Positions 18,176 to 27,816 of a stretch of DNA of 64,000 nucleotides are shown one piece after another (position 1 is the stretch's first letter; each line of letters starts with the position of its first letter). The stretch is from Bryobacteraceae bacterium (GTDB lineage Bacteria; Acidobacteriota; Terriglobia; Bryobacterales; Bryobacteraceae). The notes beneath the pieces were generated by a model. It had not been told where the DNA came from. It did no database searches and saw nothing but the letters and a program-made list of their open reading frames with translations. The stretch is from contig DASQJB010000200.1 in the NCBI GenBank assembly GCA_035631295.1, positions 2,227 through 66,226 of the forward strand, read 5' to 3'. A program made the position numbers and the translations under genes.

Positions 18176-19138
18176 ATGCATTTTCAAAAGAGAAGCATGT
18201 TCGGATTTGTGTCAATCCTCGCATTTGTCCGTCTTGTCCCGTCGGCTTTCGCGCAAGGACCCGCCCCTGCGCCGCTCATGGTTCACCAGTTGGCGTCCAA
18301 CGTCTACTGGGTGGAGGGGGGCGGCGGAAACAGCGGCGTTGTCGTCGGCGATAAAGGCGTCATTGTGGTCGACGCCAAGACTACGCCGGCCGGCGGAAAG
18401 GAACTGCTCGACGACATCGCGAAAATCACCCCGAAGCCGGTCACGGCCGTTATCCTCACGCACAGCGACGGCGATCACGTCAACGGACTGGCCTCGTTCC
18501 CCAAGGGCATTACGATCATTGCCCACGAGAACAACAAAAAGGAACAGGAGGCTGCCCTCTCAGCCGGTGGCCGCGGCGCTCCGCCTGCCGACCATCTTCC
18601 CACTCAGGTAGTCTCCAAGAATAAAGAGAATCTCAAGATCGATGGAGTGAAGATCGAGGCGCTCCACTGGGCGCCGGCCCATACCAGCGGCGATCTGGTG
18701 GTTTATCTGCCCGACCAAAAGATCGTCTTCACCGGAGACATCATCGCGACGACCCTTCCCGATCCGCTGATCCACTTGGAAAAGAACGGCTCGTCGGAAG
18801 GCTGGATCGCCACTACCAAAGGCATCGCCGCTCTCAATTCCGATAGGTTCGTCCCCGGGCATGGAGACGTGCAGACCAAGGCCGCCATTCAGAAGAGGCT
18901 CGCGGATGCGCAGATGAAGCGGACCAAGATCATGGAACTGATCGCGCAGGGAAAGTCGCTGGATGAGATCAAGGCCGCGGTCGATCCAGCTCCTGCTGCG
19001 GGAAAGGGTGGAGGCAAAGGACCGGCGTTTGCCAGTTTCACCGAGGTCGTGTATCGCGAGCTCACCAAGAAGAGCGCATGGAACGAGCGGCTTCCGGGTC
19101 GGACGCGGCTGGTAGCCGTTGCCGGCTTGCCGCGATAG
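18176..19138 (+). CDS. MBL-fold metallo-hydrolase, secreted
   Basis: AAGGGAGAA lies upstream of ATG 18176; signal peptide present. VILTHSDGDHVNG (HxHxDH-type variant) and PGHGD. Confidence 0.8.
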   Translation: MHFQKRSMFGFVSILAFVRLVPSAFAQGPAPAPLMVHQLASNVYWVEGGGGNSGVVVGDKGVIVVDAKTTPAGGKELLDDIAKITPKPVTAVILTHSDGDHVNGLASFPKGITIIAHENNKKEQEAALSAGGRGAPPADHLPTQVVSKNKENLKIDGVKIEALHWAPAHTSGDLVVYLPDQKIVFTGDIIATTLPDPLIHLEKNGSSEGWIATTKGIAALNSDRFVPGHGDVQTKAAIQKRLADAQMKRTKIMELIAQGKSLDEIKAAVDPAPAAGKGGGKGPAFASFTEVVYRELTKKSAWNERLPGRTRLVAVAGLPR

Positions 19139-19151
19139 ACTCTGTGCTGAT

Positions 19152-20258
19152 ATGCGCCTTGCTCTTATTCTCACCATTTCGGCCTTTGCGTCGGTTCCAT
19201 CTTCGGCCCAGACGCGTCCGTCAGCCACGCTGGACGTATACGTTATCGACGTCGAGGGCGGCAATTCGACTTTGTTCGTGTCACCTTCTCGTGAGTCGCT
19301 GCTGATAGATACCGGCAATGCCGGCGCTGCCGCGGCCCGCGACGCGGGCCGCATCGTGGAAGCCATAAATGACGCCGGTCTGCGGCAGATTGACCATCTG
19401 ATCACCACTCACTGGCACGGAGACCACTTCGGCGGCATGGCGGAGCTGGCCGCCAAAGTCCCCATTCGCGAATTCATCGATCATGGCCCCAACGTCCAGC
19501 CGGGAGAAGCGGCCGACACGTTTCTCCAAAAGACCTATCCCCAGCTTTTCGCCAATGCCAAACACACCGTGGCGAAAGCCGGTGACAGGATCGCCATGGC
19601 GGGTCTGGATATCCGTGTGGTGACTTCCGCCGGCCAAACCATCCAATCGCCGCTCCCTGGCGCCGGCAAGCCTAATCCCTATTGCGCTACATTCCAACCG
19701 GGACAGAATAACGCCGAAGACCCGCAATCCGTAGGAGTCTGGACGAGCTTCGGCAAATTTCGCACGGTGCATTTAGGGGACCTGACGAAGAACAAAGAAT
19801 TCGAGCTGATGTGTCCCAACAATCGTCTGGGCGTGGTGGATGTGCTCTTGGGCTTGCACCATGGGCAGGCGAGCTCGAATTCTCAGGTTCTGGTGCACGC
19901 TCTGCATCCCCGTGTCGCCATCATGAACGATGGCACACGGAAAGGCGGCGAGCCGGAGGTGATGAAGACCATGCATTCCTCCCCTGGCCTCGAAGATCTC
20001 TGGCAACTACATTTTTCCCTTCTAAGCGGCCAGGAGTACACTGTGCCGGGAATGTTCATCGCAAATACGGTTGACGAGGCTCCGGCCGCCATGCCCATCG
20101 CGCCCGCGGCGGCTCCGCAGCCCGGACCCGGCGCGCCAGCCGCACCGGTGCACAACGGCAAAGCGTACTGGATCAAGCTCTCCGCACAGCAGGATGGATC
20201 GTTCACCGTGACCAACGCGCGGAACGGATTCAGCAAGACCTACAAACCCGGGAGCTAG
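19152..20258 (+). CDS. MBL-fold metallo-hydrolase (ComEC C-terminal-like), secreted
   Basis: Signal peptide; LITTHWHGDHFGG; LGLHHG. Confidence 0.8.
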   Translation: MRLALILTISAFASVPSSAQTRPSATLDVYVIDVEGGNSTLFVSPSRESLLIDTGNAGAAAARDAGRIVEAINDAGLRQIDHLITTHWHGDHFGGMAELAAKVPIREFIDHGPNVQPGEAADTFLQKTYPQLFANAKHTVAKAGDRIAMAGLDIRVVTSAGQTIQSPLPGAGKPNPYCATFQPGQNNAEDPQSVGVWTSFGKFRTVHLGDLTKNKEFELMCPNNRLGVVDVLLGLHHGQASSNSQVLVHALHPRVAIMNDGTRKGGEPEVMKTMHSSPGLEDLWQLHFSLLSGQEYTVPGMFIANTVDEAPAAMPIAPAAAPQPGPGAPAAPVHNGKAYWIKLSAQQDGSFTVTNARNGFSKTYKPGS

Positions 20259-20292
20259 GGCTCGCGGGCCTCCGCGCCTCTAGCCCGTTGAC

Positions 20293-21123
20293 ATGCACTG
20301 TCTCGGGATGTATCGTCATACGGTGCGAATTTCCAGGTTGGCGTTCGTGCTGTGTGTCGCCCCCTTGGCCTCAGCCGCGGGGCAACCCCAAACCTTGAAC
20401 GTCTGCGCCGATCCCGACTACTTGCCCTATTCCAACCGCGCGGGTGAAGGCTTTGAAAACAAAGTCGCGGAAGTGGTGGCGAAGGCTATGGGAGAAACCG
20501 TCGCCTACAAATGGGCCAGCTACCGCGGCCATGGCGGATTTCCGCAATTTCTATCCTCCACACTCGACGCCAAGAGATGCGACGTCGTCATGAACATTCC
20601 GTACGGCAGCCGCGAAGAGCTGACCACCAAGCCTTACTACATTTCCTCCTACGTTTTCGTTTTTCCAAAGAGCAAAGGCTACTCGATTTCCAGCATTGAT
20701 TCGCCGGCGCTGAAGAAACTGAGGATCGGATTCGAGCACGAGACTCCCGCCGAGGAGGCCGTAAAATTGCGTGGCATGATCCCCCAGGCGCGTGGATTCG
20801 ATGTCGCCGGGGACCCAGAGCAATCGCCCGAGGTCATGCTGAAAGCCTTGGCCAGCGGCAAGATCGACGTCCTGATCACGTGGCAGCCTTCTATTGGAGC
20901 CTTCCTGCGCCATTATCCGGGCCTCGAGACCGTTCCCGTTCCAAATACGCGCACGCTCGGCAGCCCGGAGCAGTTCTCATTTCCTATGTCGATGGGCGTG
21001 CGCATGGGCGACCAGGCGTTAAAGGCTAAGCTCGATGGCGTCATCGAAAAGCACGCAACCGAAATCGAAGCGGCGCTGATCCGCGCCGGCGTAAAATCGT
21101 CCGCGGCTCAGGAAAGGCAATAG
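20293..21123 (+). CDS. xoxJ: Quinoprotein dehydrogenase-associated periplasmic substrate-binding protein (MoxJ/XoxJ-like)
   Basis: LNVCADPDYLPYSNRAGEGFENKVAEVVAKAMG is typical of the MoxJ/TIGR03871-type family. Sits in the same operon as a cytochrome c and xoxF. Confidence 0.7.
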   Translation: MHCLGMYRHTVRISRLAFVLCVAPLASAAGQPQTLNVCADPDYLPYSNRAGEGFENKVAEVVAKAMGETVAYKWASYRGHGGFPQFLSSTLDAKRCDVVMNIPYGSREELTTKPYYISSYVFVFPKSKGYSISSIDSPALKKLRIGFEHETPAEEAVKLRGMIPQARGFDVAGDPEQSPEVMLKALASGKIDVLITWQPSIGAFLRHYPGLETVPVPNTRTLGSPEQFSFPMSMGVRMGDQALKAKLDGVIEKHATEIEAALIRAGVKSSAAQERQ

Positions 21124-21581
21124 TGAGAGTCCTTATTTTGATCGTGGCGATAGCGGTAGAGCTCGGGGCGCAGCAGACAGATTCCGCCCAGAAGCAGACC
21201 AAACCCGGCAAAACCTACACTTACAAACTCAAGAACGGCTCCACGCGCCAACTGGATTTTCCCGTCTATGTCGAAGGCAGCGCCCCCAAAGTCACGAAGG
21301 AAGTCTTCAAAGGCTACGCGCTCTATAACTCGTATTGCTACCGCTGCCATGGCACGGACGCGACCGGCGGCGAGCTTGCGCCGGATTTGCGGGCGTCGCT
21401 GAATACGGGAGTGAAACAACAGACTTTTATCGCCACCGCCATGGCGGGTAAGAAAGATAAGGGCATGCCGAGCTGGTCAGGCTTTCTGAGCGACGACGAC
21501 ATGATCAAGATCTACCGGTACGTGAAGGCCCGGAGCCTCGAGTTGGTCCAGGCCGGCCGGCCCCCATCGGAGCAGGACTAG
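21123..21581 (+). CDS. xoxG: c-type cytochrome, methanol-metabolism-related (XoxG/cytochrome cL-like)
   Basis: The GTG start overlaps the xoxJ stop. Signal peptide, single haem motif CYRCH, and a GMPSW ... YVKARS tail. Confidence 0.7.
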   Translation: MRVLILIVAIAVELGAQQTDSAQKQTKPGKTYTYKLKNGSTRQLDFPVYVEGSAPKVTKEVFKGYALYNSYCYRCHGTDATGGELAPDLRASLNTGVKQQTFIATAMAGKKDKGMPSWSGFLSDDDMIKIYRYVKARSLELVQAGRPPSEQD

Positions 21582-21601
21582 AAGGAGTCAGGAGCCAGAA
21601 T

Positions 21602-23365
21602 ATGCCTCGTTGCACTTTACCTCTATATGGTTTGATAGTCGTCCTTGCGGGATGCGGAGCATCCTCCAGCGCCCCGGAGGTGAGCGATTGGACGATCCCC
21701 CTGGGAAGCTACAGCGCGATCCGCCACAGCCCTTTGAAGCAGATCGATAAGTCCAATGCCGGCAAGATGAGAATGGCCTGGTCCATGTCCACCGGCACTC
21801 TGCGCGGGCAAGAGGGGCAGCCGTTGGTGGTGGGGGACATGATGTACTTCGAGAGCTCCTACCCGAACTATGTGTATGCAGTCAACCTCGACGACGTCGG
21901 CAAGATCGTCTGGAAGTTTGCGCCGGAACAAGATAAATTCGCGCCATCGGTGGCTTGCTGCGACGTGGTCAACCGCGGCGTCGCCTATGACAACGGAAAG
22001 ATTTTCGCCGGCGCGCTGGATACCAAGCTGTACGCGCTCGACGCCAAGACCGGCAAAGTGCTCTGGACCGCGACCAACGGCGATCCGCAGCTCGGCCAAA
22101 CCATGACCAACGCGCCTCTCGTCGTTCACGACAAAGTGATTGTCGGAATTGCGGGCGGAGAATATGGCGTCCGCGGCTATGTCACCGCGTACGACGTCAA
22201 CAGCGGCAAGCAGGTGTGGCGCGCATATAACGTCGGCCCGGACTCGGACATCCTCTCCGATCCGCAAAAGACTGTCGACGGCGCCACACAACAGCCTGTG
22301 GGAGAAAGTTCCAGCCTCAAGACTTGGCGCGGCGACGAGTGGAAGCTGGGAGGCGGCACAACCTGGGGCTGGTACACCTACGATCCGCAACTCAATCTGA
22401 TTTTCTACGGCAGTGGCAATCCGGGAACTTGGAATCCCACGCAGCGGCCGGGCGACAACAAATGGTCGACCACCATCTTCGCCCGCAATCCCGATACGGG
22501 CGTCGCGGCCTGGGCCTATCAGATGACTCCGCATGACGAATGGGATTACGACGGCATCAACGAGGGCGTGCTGACCGACAGCGCCATCGATGGCCAAACC
22601 GTGCCGACGATCACCCACTTCGATCGCAACGGCTTCGCCTACGTGCTCGATCGCCGTAATGGCAAGCTTCTGCGAGCCAACAAATTCGATCCCTCCACCA
22701 ACTGGGCGAAGGAAATCGACATGAAGACGGGCCGGCCTGTGCTCAACCCGGAAAAAGAAACGCACGAAGACGTGAACGTCAAAGAGATTTGCCCCGCGGC
22801 GCAGGGCGCGAAGAATCACCAGCCCGCTTCTTACGATCCCCGCACCAAACTCTTCTACGTGGGAACGAATCACATTTGCATGGATTACCAAGCGTTCGGA
22901 GTGAAATACAAGAGCGGCTTCCCCTACGTCGGGGCGATCCTGAGCATGTATCCCGCCGATCACGGCAACACCCGCGGCCGGCTCATCGCGTACGATACGA
23001 TCACGGGCCAAACCAAGTGGGCCAACGACGAGACGTTTCAAGTCTATAGCGGACCTCTCACCACCGACGGCAACGTGGTCTTCTATGGAACGCTGGATGG
23101 GTGGTTCAAAGCGGCGGATGAGGATTCCGGAAAAGAACTGTACAAGTTTCACGCGCCGTCCGGTATCATTGGCAACCCGATGACCTACTCCTACAAAGGA
23201 AAGCAGTATGTCGCCGTACTCTCGGGCGTAGGAGGTTGGGCCGCCATCGGTCTGGCGGAGGGCCTGACGAAAGGAACGGAGGGCCTCGGTGCCGTCGGTT
23301 TGACGACGTCGCTCGCCGACTACACAAACCTCGGCGGAGCGCTGCTGGTTTTTTCCTTGGAGTAA
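21602..23365 (+). CDS. xoxF: PQQ-dependent methanol/ethanol-family dehydrogenase, XoxF (lanthanide-dependent) type
   Basis: RBS GAAGGAG. Vicinal Cys pair VACCDV (21956-21961). RPGDNKW. HDEWDYDG with the extra Asp two residues after the catalytic Asp (22544-22552). ICPAAQGAKNHQPASYDP. Confidence 0.8.
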   Translation: MPRCTLPLYGLIVVLAGCGASSSAPEVSDWTIPLGSYSAIRHSPLKQIDKSNAGKMRMAWSMSTGTLRGQEGQPLVVGDMMYFESSYPNYVYAVNLDDVGKIVWKFAPEQDKFAPSVACCDVVNRGVAYDNGKIFAGALDTKLYALDAKTGKVLWTATNGDPQLGQTMTNAPLVVHDKVIVGIAGGEYGVRGYVTAYDVNSGKQVWRAYNVGPDSDILSDPQKTVDGATQQPVGESSSLKTWRGDEWKLGGGTTWGWYTYDPQLNLIFYGSGNPGTWNPTQRPGDNKWSTTIFARNPDTGVAAWAYQMTPHDEWDYDGINEGVLTDSAIDGQTVPTITHFDRNGFAYVLDRRNGKLLRANKFDPSTNWAKEIDMKTGRPVLNPEKETHEDVNVKEICPAAQGAKNHQPASYDPRTKLFYVGTNHICMDYQAFGVKYKSGFPYVGAILSMYPADHGNTRGRLIAYDTITGQTKWANDETFQVYSGPLTTDGNVVFYGTLDGWFKAADEDSGKELYKFHAPSGIIGNPMTYSYKGKQYVAVLSGVGGWAAIGLAEGLTKGTEGLGAVGLTTSLADYTNLGGALLVFSLE

Positions 23366-23368
23366 CGT

Positions 23369-24688
23369 ATGAAATACTTCGTAACCGCGCTCGTCTTCGC
23401 CGCCGGAATCGCCGCGGCCGCCGACGTTAACAACGGCGCCGCCCCGAAAACGAAGAAATTTATGACCAAGCCGCTGGTCATCGAAGACCAGGGCAGTTTT
23501 TTTATCGGAGGCGTGCCCAAGGTCACCAACTACGCCTCCGCTCCCACACCCAACAATCCCAACGCTACGCCCATACCGAATCAGATCACCATCGGCCAGA
23601 TGTATGTTCAGTTCGAAATCCCGCTAAACAAGAAACGCGGGATGCCTCCGGTGATCATGGTGCATGGATCGACGCACACCGCAGCCTGCCTCGAATCGAC
23701 ACCGGATGGCCGCGAGGGCTGGTATCCGTATTTCGTGCGCCATGGAATCTCGACATATCTGGTCGATCAAGCTGGCCGCGGCCGCTCGGGCTTCGACGAA
23801 TCCGTGATTCACGAAGCCGCCGCGATGATTCGCTCGGGCGACGTCCAGAGCGGCCTCAAATTGCTGCCGGGGTTCCAGCGAATTTCCGACAACGGCGCAT
23901 GGACTGCATGGTTCGGTCACCTCGACCCACCCGGATCGAACATCCTCACAGGCAAGCTCATTCGCCACGGCGATCCCAATGACCCGCCGAGCGACAAGGC
24001 CATCCACGGCAACGACTACTTCCCTGCATATCCTATTGATTCCGCCGATCCCGCGATTACCGCCCGCACGGGCGCCATCGGCAGCGCGCCCGCTGGGCCA
24101 AGCGATTACTACGCGCTCAACTACTACAAGGAACTTGTGCCCAACGCAGAGTCCACGCTGCCCGGCTCGACCTGTTCTACATGCGATCCCAAAGAGCTTG
24201 CGCCTGCGAATACCTGGACTCCGATGGATCTCGCGCTGCTGGTCGAAAAGCTCGGCGGCGCGGTGGTCGCTACGCATTCGCAGTCCGGCGCCATGGGCCA
24301 CCATATGGCGCGCATCTTGAAGGAACGCGGCCATCTGGATCTGCTGAAAGGTCTGATCACCATCGAGGGATCGTGCTCACTACCCAATAGCGGCCTGAAG
24401 CCCGAAGACTTCGACGGCATCCCGTATCTCGCGCTTAAAGGCGACTACACCGCGACGAGCGAAGTCTGCCAGACGACGGTGAACCAGATCAATGCCCGCC
24501 GCACCGCCGGCCACGGAACCGCTAAAGCCGATTACCTCAAGCTGGACGAAGTCGGTAATCCCGTGTTTAAGGGCACGACCCACATGATGATGGACGGCAG
24601 CAACAATCTCGAAGTCGCCGATGTAATCCTGAACTGGGCCGACGAAAACATCCTGGGGAAGAAGGGTTCCAGCAAGCAGAAGAAGTAA
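23369..24688 (+). CDS. Secreted alpha/beta-fold hydrolase
   Basis: Starts 3 nt after the xoxF stop. Signal peptide; PPVIMVHGS; nucleophile elbow-like THSQSGA. Confidence 0.6.
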   Translation: MKYFVTALVFAAGIAAAADVNNGAAPKTKKFMTKPLVIEDQGSFFIGGVPKVTNYASAPTPNNPNATPIPNQITIGQMYVQFEIPLNKKRGMPPVIMVHGSTHTAACLESTPDGREGWYPYFVRHGISTYLVDQAGRGRSGFDESVIHEAAAMIRSGDVQSGLKLLPGFQRISDNGAWTAWFGHLDPPGSNILTGKLIRHGDPNDPPSDKAIHGNDYFPAYPIDSADPAITARTGAIGSAPAGPSDYYALNYYKELVPNAESTLPGSTCSTCDPKELAPANTWTPMDLALLVEKLGGAVVATHSQSGAMGHHMARILKERGHLDLLKGLITIEGSCSLPNSGLKPEDFDGIPYLALKGDYTATSEVCQTTVNQINARRTAGHGTAKADYLKLDEVGNPVFKGTTHMMMDGSNNLEVADVILNWADENILGKKGSSKQKK

Positions 24689-24764
24689 AGGCCGGACAGC
24701 CCGTTTCTCGCCCAACATCGTGCTGGGCTGTGCGGGGAAGCTGGATAATGAACTAGGATTCTTC

Positions 24765-24992
24765 ATGATTGACTGGACGATGTGCCCGGCAGTCGAGCGC
24801 CATTCCGGCAAACTCGGTGGCGCCTGGGTCTTTCGCGGAACTCGCGTACCCGTTTCAGCCTTGTTTTCGAACCTGGAGGGCGGGGCGACGCTCGAAGAGT
24901 TCCTCGAGTGGTTCCCAGGCGTGTCGCGCGAGCAGGTGAATGAAGTGCTCCAACACGCTTCGCGCAGCCTGGACGACCCGATTCCCGCCTGA
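24765..24992 (+). CDS. DUF433 (COG2442) antitoxin-like protein
   Basis: GKLGGAWVFRGTRVPVSALFSNLEGGATLEEFLEWFPGVSREQV is the characteristic DUF433 core. The ORF-track start 24720 (GTG) is a possible alternative. Confidence 0.75.
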   Translation: MIDWTMCPAVERHSGKLGGAWVFRGTRVPVSALFSNLEGGATLEEFLEWFPGVSREQVNEVLQHASRSLDDPIPA

Positions 24993-25003
24993 CCCGCGCT
25001 TGG

Positions 25004-25371
25004 ATGCGAATCCTGCTCGATCACAACACCCGGGCTCCGCTGCGCTGCTGGCTCATCGGGCATAGCGTAGAAACTGCCTGCGAGCGCGGTTGGGTCGGAG
25101 TTTACCAACGGAGATCTCCTTCGAATCGCCGAGGAAGAAGGGGTTCGATGTAATGATCACGACTGACAAGAGTATTCGGCATCAGCAGAATCTTGCCGGA
25201 TGCACTCTTGCGTTGCTGGTCATCAACACGAACGACTGGACGCAAATTCGGCACTGGAAATCGGTTATATTAGACGCCGTCTCGCGAGCTGAGCCTGGAC
25301 AGGTTATTGAAGCGGCGATTCCGCTTAGGAATAGGGCGCAACGCCGCGCTAGCTTTGGAGAGGAGCTATGA
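25004..25371 (+). pseudogene. DUF5615 (COG4634, PIN-like/Mut7-C) toxin-like gene with two +1 frameshifts
   Basis: Three frames are needed. MRILLDHNTRAPLRCWLIGHSVETACERGW, then (S)EFTNGDLLRIAEEEG, then FDVMITTDKSIRHQQNLAGCTLALLVI... The junctions sit at G-runs 25092-25094 and 25140-25143. Confidence 0.7.
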
Positions 25372-26321
25372 ATCAAATTCCCAAGTTCGACGAACTTCCC
25401 GTCAAGCAAGGCGCTCCGCCAGAGTCCAGTTGGGGCGTTTTCGGAGACGACGATGGAATCGGTTGCCTGAACTTCCTGACGCCCGAAGGCATTGTGGAAG
25501 CGGCCCGCCTGGTCCAGAGCGGCAAGGTCTTCCGCTTGGATGCGAAGCTGGGATTCGCCAAGCCAACTTTGTTAGGCCGAGCGACTCTAGTGCGCAGCAT
25601 CGTTCCGCTCGGCCCTTTTGCGAACGACGATATTCTCGAGCGCTTCAACACGCAGGAGGGCACCCAGTGGGACGGACTCGGTCACGTCGGGCATGGCCGC
25701 TATGAGCGGTTCTATAACGACGTCACCGTCTCGGACGTTCGCGAAGACGGCAATCGCCAGCTTGGCATTCATCGTTGGGCGGACAGGGTGGTGGGCCGGG
25801 GTGTGTTGATTGACGCGTTTGGCTTTCGGAAGGCTCAAGGCCGCCCGGTCTTCCCGCTAAAGAAGGACGTTTACACTTTGGAAGAGCTGCAAGCTTGCCT
25901 CGAGGCGCAAGGGGTCGCTCTGAAGCCCGGAACCGTTCTGCTGGTCCGAACCGGCTGGATGGAAGAATACGAAAAGTGCACAGCGGAAGAAAAGCACGCT
26001 CTGGCCCCTTTCGACAAGATCCAATCCGCGGGAGTCGAAGCGAGCCGCCGGATGGCGGCTTGGCTGTGGGACAATCGCGTGGCGGCGATCGCCGCCGACT
26101 GTCCGGCCGTGGAGGCGCTGCCCATGGAACTGGGCGATGATAATCTCCTGCACTATCGCGCACTGCCGCTGTTGGGGTTGCCTCTGGGCGAGCTGTTCAT
26201 CCTGGCGCCGCTGGCCGAGGATTGTGCGCGCGACCGGCGTTATGAATTCATGCTCGTCTCGGCGCCTCTGAATGTGGAAGGAGGTATCGCTTCGCCGCCA
26301 AACGCCGTCGCGATCAAATGA
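25368..26321 (+). CDS. Cyclase family protein (kynurenine formamidase-like fold)
   Basis: ATG overlaps the upstream stop (ATGA). GTQWDGLGHVGH motif and a ...LHYRALPLLGLPLGELF tail. Confidence 0.75.
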   Translation: MNQIPKFDELPVKQGAPPESSWGVFGDDDGIGCLNFLTPEGIVEAARLVQSGKVFRLDAKLGFAKPTLLGRATLVRSIVPLGPFANDDILERFNTQEGTQWDGLGHVGHGRYERFYNDVTVSDVREDGNRQLGIHRWADRVVGRGVLIDAFGFRKAQGRPVFPLKKDVYTLEELQACLEAQGVALKPGTVLLVRTGWMEEYEKCTAEEKHALAPFDKIQSAGVEASRRMAAWLWDNRVAAIAADCPAVEALPMELGDDNLLHYRALPLLGLPLGELFILAPLAEDCARDRRYEFMLVSAPLNVEGGIASPPNAVAIK

Positions 26322-26324
26322 GGC

Positions 26325-27596
26325 TCACTTCTTAGGCGTCAGCTTCAGCAGCGAGCCGGTCCGCGTCAAAACATAAACCTCTCCGTGCGGCCCTAGACGA
26401 ATGTCGCGAACGGGTTGTTTGAGATCGCTCAGCAGCTTCTCCTCCGCGGCCACGCGCTCGCCATTCAACACCAGGCGCACCATTCCCCTTTGGCTCGCTT
26501 CCATTCCGCCGATAAATAAGTTGCCTTTCCATTCGGGGAAGAGATCGCCCGTGTAAAACATCATGCCGGAGGGCGCGATGTCGGGGAACCAAAAGTACAC
26601 AGGTTCCTCCACGCCGGGCATGCTGGTGCGTCCGTTTCCGACCGGCACGTTCTTTCGGCCATCTCTTCTCCGCGCGTCGTACTGGTATCCATACGAGACG
26701 TCGGGCCAACCGTAATCTTTGCCCGGCCGGATGATGTTGATCTCGTCGCCGCCTTGCGGGCCGTGATCGGTGACCCAAAGCTCTCCAGTAGCAGGATTGA
26801 TCGCCGCGCCCTCCGGATCGCGAAGCCCATGGGCGAAGGTGTCCGGCGGCACTGTGGCGCGGCTCAGCCACGGATTGTCTTTGGGAATCGAGCCGTCGCG
26901 GTTGATGCGGAGAACGCGTCCTGAGAAGTTGCGGCGAATATCCGGGTTTTCGGTGAAATCGTGCTCCACGCCATCCAGATCGGACTCGTAAAAACGGAAG
27001 CGGTCGGCGCCTGTGACTAAAAGCGTTCCGTCGAGCGCCAGTACAATGCGTCGTTCGGCGCCTTCGGCTAAAGTTTGCACGTCTTCCAGATGTTTGTTAT
27101 CGTCGCTCAGACGCGCGCGGGCGACCCGCTCCATCCCGATATTCATTGTCCGGCGCTCGGCCAGAGACTTGGTCCAAACGTGTTCGTAAAAGAACTCAGT
27201 GGGCCAGAGGGCTGGTTCTTCGCCCTTGGGCGGCGCAAAGTAGGTGAAATATAGGATGCGGTTGCGCGCGAAATCCGGATCCAGCAGCACATCGTGCAGA
27301 CCCTGGGCAGCCACTACCTTCACGCCAGGAACTCCAGCGATGGGCGCGAGCACCACGCCGTCGGGGCGGACGATTCGCATGCTGCCGATGCTTTCCGTGA
27401 CCAGGACATTGCCGTCCGGTAGAAAGGCGAAAGACCAAGGGCTCGTCAGCCGGGTCGTGATGGTCGTGACCTCGAACGGAGGTGAAGGCTTGGCCGGCGC
27501 GGGAGCGCCTGTCTGACCGGAAAAGGCAGGCTTAGGTTTGGGATCTTGCGCGTAAAGCACCGCCGTGAACACGGCCGCAACAAGCGTCAGTCTCAT
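26325..27596 (-). CDS. PQQ-dependent sugar dehydrogenase (soluble aldose/sorbosone dehydrogenase, YliI-like)
   Basis: Signal peptide; GLHDVLLDPDF; HGLRDPEGAAINPATGELWVTDHGPQGGDEINIIRPGKDYGWP. Confidence 0.85.
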   Translation of the reverse strand: MRLTLVAAVFTAVLYAQDPKPKPAFSGQTGAPAPAKPSPPFEVTTITTRLTSPWSFAFLPDGNVLVTESIGSMRIVRPDGVVLAPIAGVPGVKVVAAQGLHDVLLDPDFARNRILYFTYFAPPKGEEPALWPTEFFYEHVWTKSLAERRTMNIGMERVARARLSDDNKHLEDVQTLAEGAERRIVLALDGTLLVTGADRFRFYESDLDGVEHDFTENPDIRRNFSGRVLRINRDGSIPKDNPWLSRATVPPDTFAHGLRDPEGAAINPATGELWVTDHGPQGGDEINIIRPGKDYGWPDVSYGYQYDARRRDGRKNVPVGNGRTSMPGVEEPVYFWFPDIAPSGMMFYTGDLFPEWKGNLFIGGMEASQRGMVRLVLNGERVAAEEKLLSDLKQPVRDIRLGPHGEVYVLTRTGSLLKLTPKK

Positions 27597-27816
27597 CTTT
27601 GCCTCCTGTGATTCTTACTCACTATACAGGAGGCTCCGCACGGAGGGGCTAGGTTAACCGCGCGGCGCAGATTGAACAGCACCTGCGATTTGGCAAAGCC
27701 CGCAGGGAATTCATATCGCGGCTCCATTCACTGCGCGCTCCTTAAAAATCGTACCTCACCGTTTAGGAACTTGAGGTGCGCGAGCCCGAGCGCGGGAGCG
27801 GTTTGGGCTTCTTATC

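Noticed and set aside
21623-23152. 509-aa ORF on the minus strand
   Set aside because: It lies entirely antisense to xoxF, which has unmistakable quinoprotein motifs. Its translation is Arg/Ala/Gly-rich with no recognisable domain. This is a typical shadow ORF of GC-rich DNA.
24689-24764. Weak hairpin (ACAGCCC ... GGGCTGT, 22-nt loop) after the hydrolase gene as a terminator
   Set aside because: Long loop, short stem and no U-tract; not distinguishable from chance in GC-rich DNA.
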